Of a stretch of DNA of 64,000 nt, positions 56,573 to 64,000 are shown in pieces. How positions within the stretch are numbered: the first letter of the stretch is position 1; every line of letters starts with the position of its first letter. This DNA is from a virus (Duplodnaviria > Heunggongvirae > Uroviricota > Caudoviricetes). The position numbers were made by a program, and so were the translations under genes. The stretch lies in the IMG/VR virus record IMGVR_UViG_3300025133_000019. One strand, written 5' to 3'. The notes under the pieces were generated by a model that ran no database searches, had not been told where the DNA came from, and was given only the letters and a program-made list of their open reading frames with translations.

Positions 56573-59500
56573 ATGGGAAGAAAAGTAGATTTAAATCAAG
56601 TAAAAGTTCCGTCTACCTTAGTTTATGTCGATCCTAATAGAGAATTAGAGGATTACATAGAAGATGGGTCTTATATTAGACCTTATTACACTCTCCAGGC
56701 TGCTGTTGAAAAGGGTAGCAGAGCCATTTTTTTAAATCCAGGGGCGTATGTTGGGGGAGATGTGGCTTTTCCTTCAGGAAACGTAGTTTTATACGGGGTG
56801 GGTAGAGATTCAGTTTCCTTAGATTTTTCTTTGAGTACTAGTTCTGGATTTTTCTCTGGTTCTGGCTTCACGCTTATTTCGGGTAATAATTTTGATCTCT
56901 CTAATTCTTTATCTGGTATTTTTTTAGATCATATATCAATAGCTGGGGGCTTATTAACAGTAAATAGCGGAGCAGTGGTAAGAAACTGTCAAGTTTCCAA
57001 TACTAATGTTACTTGTGTCCAAGTAAATTCTGGAGAAGTGGAGCTGTCTTCCTGCTCATTAACCCAACTTGGAAACAGTTCTGCACTAAATCATGTGGCA
57101 GGAAGACTTTCTTTGTACGGATGTAAAATAACGGGATCAGCTCCTTCTGGTTTAGTCAGTTCTATTAGTGATTTAAGTTCCGGAAACGGGAGTGTTCTGA
57201 TAAATGGGGGTATCATAAGTAACCTGGGAGGAGAGTCTTTACAGATGTCGAATCAGACTCCTGTTACGTCTCCTAATACAGTTCAAAATTGTATTATTGT
57301 TGGGAGTGTTACTTTAGGAGCAGCTTTTACTAAATGGTTAGGGGTAACTACAAGTTCTTCGGTAACAGGTTTAAGTATAATAACAGAACCTTCCGATTAT
57401 ATATTAGATAAGTCTTCAGTGACTGGTGGAGGGACCCTAACACAGGCTCTTGAGTCGTTAAAAGCCACGCAGGGTAGTAGTACCTTGTCTAACTTACCAG
57501 ACGTGGCTTTTCCAGAGGGAAAGCCTTACGGAGACCCTAATGATATATTAATATCTGACGGAACAACTGGAGTTACGTTTACCAGTGCTAATCCGTTAAT
57601 AAGTGGAGTAATAGCTGGTACGCCCATAACCTCCTTGGCAGACGTAACAGGTACTCCTAATGATGGTAATATTCTTATTTATAGTACGGAAGGTACTCCT
57701 GGGTCAGCTTGGACAGATCCAACGGCCACGATAGACGGAAGAATAGCTAGTGCTTCACTACAGGATTTGTCTGGAACTCCAAGTGACTTCCTACAGGAGG
57801 ATTCAAGGGATATAGGGTTTTCTCCAGTAGCTCTTATTTCCGTAGGTTTTGTTAACCCAGAAAACGCTGTGGACACCAAAAATGTTGGTACATACACAGA
57901 ATCAAGTACTAATACAGGCAGTATAGATGTTGATTTTGATGAAGAAGTGGCGATAAATTCGATCTCTTTATATGATAGTGCTTTTGATGGAATAAAAGGC
58001 TTTGTCATTACTGGTTCCGACCAATCTAATTTTACAGGCGGAACTACCGCTGTTTTATATGACTCTTCTGTTTCTACGGAGAAGGGACAGAATGGAGAAG
58101 AGTCTTTTGCTTTATCAACTGATACTAAGTATCAATATTATAGAGTAGAGGTTACTTCCACATATGTCGGTAACGCTAGAATTACGGATATTGAATTTAG
58201 GAAAGCCAGTGACCAGTTTTTATTTATTGATGATAACGGTACAGATGTAGCTAACAGATCATTGATAGGGACGGATTTAAGATCCGCCTCTATTTTAGGG
58301 CTATCAGACACTCCTAGTGACTATGGCTCTAGCGGAGAAGTCCTGACTACAAATGGGAGTAATGGATTCTCATTATTACCCTCAGTTACCAGTCTTCTTA
58401 ATTTAACAGATGTTGTTGAGTTTTCAGAAGAAGATCCTTATGGAGAAGCAAATGATATATTAATATCTGATGGATCAACTGGAGTCTCATTTACCAGTTC
58501 TAGTACGTTAATAGACGGGAGAATAGCTAGCGCTTCACTAGAAGATTTAGCTAATACTCCTTCTTCTCTATCTGTAGTCAATTTAATATTAGATGAAAGC
58601 TATGGGTCTGATTCTGGGTCCATTACAGGAGCCCCGGTTTTGATTAACGGCTCTGTATCACATTGGTCGGTGGTAAACCCAGATTTTTCTACAGGAAACG
58701 AGCCTTGGTACGATGTTACATATCCTTCTTTAGCTATTTGCCGAGGTTTAAGTTTCTGGCGAGAAGATCCAGCGTCTGATCCAGATCCAGAAACAATTAA
58801 AGATTTTGAGGTATTCGGAGAAGTTACCCCTGGAGTTAGCGGGTTAGTTTCCTTGGGCACCTTTACCTATATAAATGATGATACTAAGCAATATTTCTTT
58901 TTTGATAACGAGACTTCGTATAAAAAGTACCGAATAAAATTTTTGAGCAATTATGGAAATGGTAGCCTTCTAGGAGTTACTCATTTAGAGATGTACCAGG
59001 AGAGAGGAAAGTTCTTGGCCACAACTTTTGGGTCTAATGTCATTTTTACTAGCGTCTTATCCAAGGACATTTTGGATTTTGATGAAAGTCTTGCAGCTTC
59101 TAGTGTAACTCAATTCTCCGATTTTCCGGTTGGATGGGGAGATGCTGGAGATTTCTTGATTACCAATGGGTCTGGTATGGCCTGGACTGATCCCACCGCA
59201 ACAATAGACGGAAGAATAGCTGCCACTCCTATAACTGGTCTGTCGGATACTGCTACTGAGTTTGGCAATGATTTAAGGGACTTAGGGGTGACTCCTGCTA
59301 TTGAACCAAATGCAACATCTTTTACAACTAATCCGGAGTATGCGATAGAGGTTGACGCATTATCTACAGTATCTATCACAACTTCTGGAAACATAGACGT
59401 GGATTTAGGTTCAGCTCAATTTGTAAACTCTATTATAGTTCATGATGATGCCGGGGATGGAATACAGAATTTTACTTTACAGGGGTCCAGTAATAGTGAT

Positions 59501-61822
59501 TTTACAGGAGCAACAGGATTGATTGATGATATTAAATTAAATGATCCAAATCCCGAGACTTTTTCCATAGCCTCCCCTAATTATTATAGATATTACAGGT
59601 TCAATATAGAGGATACTTATTCAGGGAATGCCAGAATTACTGATTTAGCCTTCATACGATCTGGGAAGCAGGTTATAACAACTAATGATTCTGGCACTGC
59701 TGTTATTTATAGACCTCTGGTGGATCTTGATCTAAAGAATCTCTCATTCGCAGCTTTATCCGACGTAGGAATCACCCTAGCCGGTGGAGCTAATAAATTA
59801 GTTAGGATTAATGCCAGTAATAATGGACTAGATCAAACAACATTCACTGTTCCAACAGCGTCTGGGACCGAGGGAGAGGTTTTAACTGCGGATGCTAGTG
59901 GGGACGTAGTTTGGGCAGCAGCTTCTGGAGGCGTTTCTAATTTTAGCGGGTTAAGCGACACCCCCAGCAGTTTTAATGATGATGGAGTTAGAACAGATAT
60001 TTTTTCCTTTTCTGGAACTCCTGGAGGAGTGGGCTCCGGAGCTGGGGTATCTTCTACCAATCCCTTCAATGCTTTTAACGATAATCTTGGTAATTATTGG
60101 GACGCAGAGGATGACGGCTCAGGAGCATATCTTGCCTTTTATAATATAACGGGAGCTTCGTCTCTTATTATATCGGGATTGAGCTTGTACACCACAGGAA
60201 CAGACGCTAACATAGGATCTTTTAGTTTTTATGGGAATGAGACGGCTGGTATTAGTTCTAAGACTCATGCAGGCTGGGATCTTTTAACCACGGGCGATAA
60301 TAGCGCTATAGATGTTACTCAGTATTTTTTCTTCGATAATAGTACCGCATATCAATCTTTTAAGTTAGAATTTACTAAAACAGGGGTTGTCCAGTTGTCC
60401 AACCTGGAATTATTTCAGAAGCCGGATAATAAAATATCCTTGTTAGACTCAACTAGCGACAATATAATTTTTAGGTCGATTGAAGACTTATTAGACTCCT
60501 ACATACAGAATTCGTCTACTTACGATACAACATCAGACATAAGCCATGGAGATTACGTGGTGTTCTCTAACCCTACTTCTGGGATCACATTAACACTACC
60601 GTCCCCTGTGGTTTATCCAGGGGCTAGGTACGTAGTTAAAAACATTACAACAGGAGTTTCAAAAGCCACTTTATCTAGTTCTGGGGGGAATATAGACGGG
60701 GGAACTGTAACTTTGTACGGAGGAGATTCAGTAGTTGTGCAGAGTGATGGGTCTAATTATAAAGTTATAGCTAAGGATTATCCTATTAAGAATACTACTA
60801 TTACTTCTGATGCTACTACTCTGGACTCTAAGTATAATCTTGTTTTTGCTAACCCTCCATCAAGTGATATAACCATAAATTTACCTTCTATAAGTTCTTT
60901 TGTAGATAAGTCTTTAGTAACTATAAAAAATATAAGTGATACTTATAATGTGACGCTTGACCCAAATGGAAATATAGATGGAGTTCCTACTAATATAGTG
61001 TTAGCTCCTTTGGGGGTTGCGAAATTGAGAAGGAGTGGCAACTTTCTTTGGAACGAATCTCTTCCTTACTCGGGAGTTCCAGATTTTTTAGGATTGACAG
61101 ATACACCTTCTAACTTCAGTTCTTCAGAAGATAAGTTTTTGAGGGTTAATAGTGCAGGCAATGCGGTGGAGTTCACTGGCTCTTTACTAACGGAGGAGAG
61201 AACGGTTTCATCATCTACGGCCACAGTTCTGTCTTCTGACCACACTATTTTTTGTAATACTACTTCAACTGACATTTTGGTTACTTTACCTTTACCATCT
61301 GGTAATGCGGGACAAGAATTTGTTATCAAGAAAGTGGCTAATACTTATGCGGTTACTGTTGATGTAGCTTCTGGTGGGACCATTGATACCAAAACCTCTT
61401 ATGTCTTGGATCTTCTTGGGTCTTCTATTACTGTAATGTCGAATGGTACAGAATATAAGATAATCTGTTTAAACAACGAGTCCCCTCAGTATGGGCAGGT
61501 CCGGACAGAAACTGTGCCATCTGGGGACAGCTCGGTATCTGTAAGCGAGGCAGACTACATAGTTTTAATTGACTGTAGTAACTTGAGCACGAGTGACACG
61601 GTCACTGTAGACTTGTCTGCTGGACAAAAGGGGCGTTTATACGTTATTAAAAAATTTAACTCAGCTAATAATAATGATACTTCAGGCAAACTTACCATAG
61701 ATCCTGATGGAACTGAGTTTATTGACGGAGATTCTACAAAAGACATAAATAAAAATAATGCTGTAGAAATTGTGTTTGATGGCGATAATTGGTGGACAAT
61801 ACGATTTAGCGGTATTGATTGA
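56573..61822 (+). CDS. long multi-domain tail fibre: beta-helix, fibre repeats, ~4 discoidin (F5/8C)-like domains, 4 C-terminal repeats
   Basis: N-terminus shared with 53199; YRYYR-type motifs; TLP...IDG...DG repeats. Confidence 0.78.
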   Translation: MGRKVDLNQVKVPSTLVYVDPNRELEDYIEDGSYIRPYYTLQAAVEKGSRAIFLNPGAYVGGDVAFPSGNVVLYGVGRDSVSLDFSLSTSSGFFSGSGFTLISGNNFDLSNSLSGIFLDHISIAGGLLTVNSGAVVRNCQVSNTNVTCVQVNSGEVELSSCSLTQLGNSSALNHVAGRLSLYGCKITGSAPSGLVSSISDLSSGNGSVLINGGIISNLGGESLQMSNQTPVTSPNTVQNCIIVGSVTLGAAFTKWLGVTTSSSVTGLSIITEPSDYILDKSSVTGGGTLTQALESLKATQGSSTLSNLPDVAFPEGKPYGDPNDILISDGTTGVTFTSANPLISGVIAGTPITSLADVTGTPNDGNILIYSTEGTPGSAWTDPTATIDGRIASASLQDLSGTPSDFLQEDSRDIGFSPVALISVGFVNPENAVDTKNVGTYTESSTNTGSIDVDFDEEVAINSISLYDSAFDGIKGFVITGSDQSNFTGGTTAVLYDSSVSTEKGQNGEESFALSTDTKYQYYRVEVTSTYVGNARITDIEFRKASDQFLFIDDNGTDVANRSLIGTDLRSASILGLSDTPSDYGSSGEVLTTNGSNGFSLLPSVTSLLNLTDVVEFSEEDPYGEANDILISDGSTGVSFTSSSTLIDGRIASASLEDLANTPSSLSVVNLILDESYGSDSGSITGAPVLINGSVSHWSVVNPDFSTGNEPWYDVTYPSLAICRGLSFWREDPASDPDPETIKDFEVFGEVTPGVSGLVSLGTFTYINDDTKQYFFFDNETSYKKYRIKFLSNYGNGSLLGVTHLEMYQERGKFLATTFGSNVIFTSVLSKDILDFDESLAASSVTQFSDFPVGWGDAGDFLITNGSGMAWTDPTATIDGRIAATPITGLSDTATEFGNDLRDLGVTPAIEPNATSFTTNPEYAIEVDALSTVSITTSGNIDVDLGSAQFVNSIIVHDDAGDGIQNFTLQGSSNSDFTGATGLIDDIKLNDPNPETFSIASPNYYRYYRFNIEDTYSGNARITDLAFIRSGKQVITTNDSGTAVIYRPLVDLDLKNLSFAALSDVGITLAGGANKLVRINASNNGLDQTTFTVPTASGTEGEVLTADASGDVVWAAASGGVSNFSGLSDTPSSFNDDGVRTDIFSFSGTPGGVGSGAGVSSTNPFNAFNDNLGNYWDAEDDGSGAYLAFYNITGASSLIISGLSLYTTGTDANIGSFSFYGNETAGISSKTHAGWDLLTTGDNSAIDVTQYFFFDNSTAYQSFKLEFTKTGVVQLSNLELFQKPDNKISLLDSTSDNIIFRSIEDLLDSYIQNSSTYDTTSDISHGDYVVFSNPTSGITLTLPSPVVYPGARYVVKNITTGVSKATLSSSGGNIDGGTVTLYGGDSVVVQSDGSNYKVIAKDYPIKNTTITSDATTLDSKYNLVFANPPSSDITINLPSISSFVDKSLVTIKNISDTYNVTLDPNGNIDGVPTNIVLAPLGVAKLRRSGNFLWNESLPYSGVPDFLGLTDTPSNFSSSEDKFLRVNSAGNAVEFTGSLLTEERTVSSSTATVLSSDHTIFCNTTSTDILVTLPLPSGNAGQEFVIKKVANTYAVTVDVASGGTIDTKTSYVLDLLGSSITVMSNGTEYKIICLNNESPQYGQVRTETVPSGDSSVSVSEADYIVLIDCSNLSTSDTVTVDLSAGQKGRLYVIKKFNSANNNDTSGKLTIDPDGTEFIDGDSTKDINKNNAVEIVFDGDNWWTIRFSGID

Positions 61823-61989
61823 TCCTAAAATTTAGGGTTAAATTTAAAAGATTTTGTTGCTAAAATTAGAAATAAGTGTATAATATATTAAGAGTATTTC
61901 TATTAATTATTACACTGAAGTGGTCGAGCTAATTAAAGAATTATTAGGTCTCATTCTACTTAATTTGTGTTCGTAGTTAATAGGATATT

Positions 61990-62514
61990 ATGAGAGAGAT
62001 AAAGTTTTCTGAGCCAGCAGATATTAAAAAATTGGCAGGTACTTATTTGATGTTTTCTGCTGTTGTTGACAAAGATGTACAAAGCAAGATAAACCAGTAC
62101 TTGTTCCAAGTGTTTAATGCTAATGCTAGTTTAGAATTCGAGCCTCAAGATTACCCGCATGTTACGTTGTTTGCCAGTCCTGATGATATAGGATACTCTC
62201 ACAAGTTAGAGCTTATATCGTTTGTTCGAAATGTTTTACCTCCATCAAATAAACTTATTGATGTCGAGGTAACAGGGACTGAATTATTTTCTGATGACAA
62301 ACAAACTTTAGTGGTTAGATTAGGCTCGAATAAATTAGATGAGTTAAATAAAAAGATCTGTGACTTTATGTCTAACAGAGGTTTTAAAATGAGCGAGTAT
62401 AGCTTTAACCCACACATAACTTTAGGGAGGGTTTCTAGAAGTGATATTTACTTACCCCCTATTGAAGATATGGGTATTATATTTAAAAATCTTACTGTTA
62501 GCATAGGCTACTGA
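61990..62514 (+). CDS. 2H phosphoesterase (LigT/Acb1-like)
   Basis: Two HxT motifs: PHVTL and PHITL. Confidence 0.85.
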   Translation: MREIKFSEPADIKKLAGTYLMFSAVVDKDVQSKINQYLFQVFNANASLEFEPQDYPHVTLFASPDDIGYSHKLELISFVRNVLPPSNKLIDVEVTGTELFSDDKQTLVVRLGSNKLDELNKKICDFMSNRGFKMSEYSFNPHITLGRVSRSDIYLPPIEDMGIIFKNLTVSIGY

Positions 62515-62599
62515 CCCGGAAATTTCTAGGTCTCTCAATTCAATTAAATAAGGTTAAAGTTAAGGGTTTCCTTTACTAAAAAAATTTGTGGAGAGTGGT

Positions 62600-64000
62600 A
62601 TGTCGGAGAGTTGGTTATCGTTTAAATTAGATGACAAGTTTGTTAAAGGGTATGAAGGTACTAGACCTAGTTTTGGGTTTGGAGGACTAGGAGAATTAGT
62701 ATTTTACAGAACTTATAGTAGAGTTAAGGAGAGTGGAGGTAAGGAGAGTTTTGCAGAAGTAATTAGAAGGTGTGTAGAGGGTTCGTATACTCTACAGAAA
62801 GATCATATACTAACACACAAATTGGGTTGGGACGAGAAAAAAGCTCAGGAGTCTGCCCAAACTATGTACGATCATATGTTTAATATGAGATTCCTCCCGC
62901 CGGGACGAGGTCTATGGATGATGGGCACTGAATATGCCCACACTAAAACGCCCATGGGAATGTTTAACTGTTTTGCGGGAGAAACGGAAGTTCTTACCAA
63001 GCAAGGGTATAGACCCATATCTGATATAGCTGGCACCACGCAAACTGTTTTGACTTCTCACGGTGGGTGGGTAGAGGCTCCTATCAAGTCTTACGGTAAG
63101 GATAGCCTTTATAAATTAACGCTTACTAGAGCCCGTAAAGAGAAAGAGATATTTGTCACAAGAAATCATATCTGGTTTGCTAAGAATAAAGCGAGTAAAT
63201 GGACTAGTTACGGGGAAAAGACTACCTTGCAGTTAGAGCCCGGTAACTATCTTCGTTCTTGTTATTCGTTGGATTCTAAAAAGAACTGTAGTAGCGAGGG
63301 ATTATGGAGAGTTAAATCGGTAGATAGCACAAATAGAGTAGAAGAGGTTTTTTGTGCGGAAGTAGATAAATTTAAATCTTTTGTTATAGAAGGAGATATT
63401 CTAACTCATAATTGCAGCTTTATATCCACAAAAGATATTGTTTCGGATTTGTCTTTCCCGTTCCGTTTTTTAATGGATGTATCCATGTTAGGAGTTGGGT
63501 GCGGATTTGATACTAAAGGAGCTGGTCAAGTTACTATTAACAATCCAGGACCTGATAGCGTTTCCTTTATTATTCCAGATTCGAGAGAGGGATGGGTAGA
63601 GAGTGTAGGAAAGCTGATTGATTCGTACCTTCTGGAGAATTCTCCAGTTATTAATTTTGACTACAGTGGAATAAGATTAGCGGGGTCCTCTATAAAAGGA
63701 TTCGGAGGAGTCTCCTCGGGTCCAGGGCATTTGACTTCTCTTCATGAGAATATAGTAGAAATTTTTGAGGCCAAGTTAAAAACTGATAGTCCAGTTGTCG
63801 ATTCTAGGGTCATCGTGGACATAATGAATTTAATCGGGGAGTGTGTGGTAGCAGGTAATATTAGAAGATGTCTCGTTGGGGAAACCCCAGTTCACACAGA
63901 TAAAGGAAAGGTCCCAATTGAAGATATAAAGGAAGGGGACAATGTCCTCACCTCTAAGGGATACCACAAGGTTACAGAGCACATTAAGCAAGGTGTGCAG
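62600..64000 (+). CDS. nrdJ: class II (B12-dependent) ribonucleotide reductase, partial, with inteins; not in ORF track
   Basis: Manual translation: FYRTYSR, FLPPGRGLW, FN|C, MLGVGCGF, PDSREGW, IKGFGGVSSGP, CVVAGNIRR. Confidence 0.92.
   Translation, partial: MSESWLSFKLDDKFVKGYEGTRPSFGFGGLGELVFYRTYSRVKESGGKESFAEVIRRCVEGSYTLQKDHILTHKLGWDEKKAQESAQTMYDHMFNMRFLPPGRGLWMMGTEYAHTKTPMGMFNCFAGETEVLTKQGYRPISDIAGTTQTVLTSHGGWVEAPIKSYGKDSLYKLTLTRARKEKEIFVTRNHIWFAKNKASKWTSYGEKTTLQLEPGNYLRSCYSLDSKKNCSSEGLWRVKSVDSTNRVEEVFCAEVDKFKSFVIEGDILTHNCSFISTKDIVSDLSFPFRFLMDVSMLGVGCGFDTKGAGQVTINNPGPDSVSFIIPDSREGWVESVGKLIDSYLLENSPVINFDYSGIRLAGSSIKGFGGVSSGPGHLTSLHENIVEIFEAKLKTDSPVVDSRVIVDIMNLIGECVVAGNIRRCLVGETPVHTDKGKVPIEDIKEGDNVLTSKGYHKVTEHIKQGVQ
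62969..63412 (+). mobile_element. mini-intein (148 aa), no endonuclease
   Basis: CFAGETEVLT...TRNHIWF...VFCAEV...ILTHN|C. Confidence 0.9.
63869..64000 (+). mobile_element. second intein, truncated by the window end
   Basis: GNIRR|CLVGETPVHTDKGKVPIEDIKEGDNVLT. Confidence 0.85.

Noticed and set aside
31168-61746. Numerous antisense ORFs in the track (e.g. 31168, 34367, 35978, 52362, 54536, 57679)
   Set aside because: Shadow frames of well-supported genes on the opposite strand
1-64000. tRNA genes, CRISPR arrays, alternative genetic code
   Set aside because: No cloverleafs or regularly spaced repeats recognised by eye; known genes are intact and all three stop codons are used

Overview
This 64-kb window looks like part of a large (jumbo-type) dsDNA bacteriophage genome: AT-rich, gene-dense, standard genetic code. 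Family assignments come from recognising motifs by eye; no database search was run. (1) 1-9.4 kb is a divergently transcribed, early/host-takeover-like region. Small genes sit behind 14 copies of a conserved promoter cassette whose spacing resembles sigma32 rather than sigma70 promoters. It encodes a CCA-adding enzyme, an orphan BrnA-like antitoxin and a YodL-like protein. (2) 9.9-20.6 kb is one long + strand operon dominated by about 21 paralogous small proteins carrying about 50 copies of a C-x2-C-x3-[IL]-[TS]-P-[YF]-xn-H-x2-C zinc-finger module. This is the most striking unexplained system in the window. (3) 21-46 kb holds a candidate sRNA with an exposed anti-Shine-Dalgarno tract, nucleotide/stress genes (dNK, BI-1/YccA, Hsp20, dUTPase, intein-bearing metallophosphoesterase, GuaB/GMPR-like, MerR, RHH, HU, PIN-PhoH) and many hypotheticals. 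(4) 46-47.2 kb is an AT-rich non-coding region with a perfect 47-bp direct repeat, a candidate structured RNA and an apparent strand-bias switch (candidate replication origin). (5) 47-62 kb holds virion structural/fibre genes and an RCC1 propeller. (6) The window ends with a 2H phosphoesterase and the start of a class II ribonucleotide reductase with at least two inteins.
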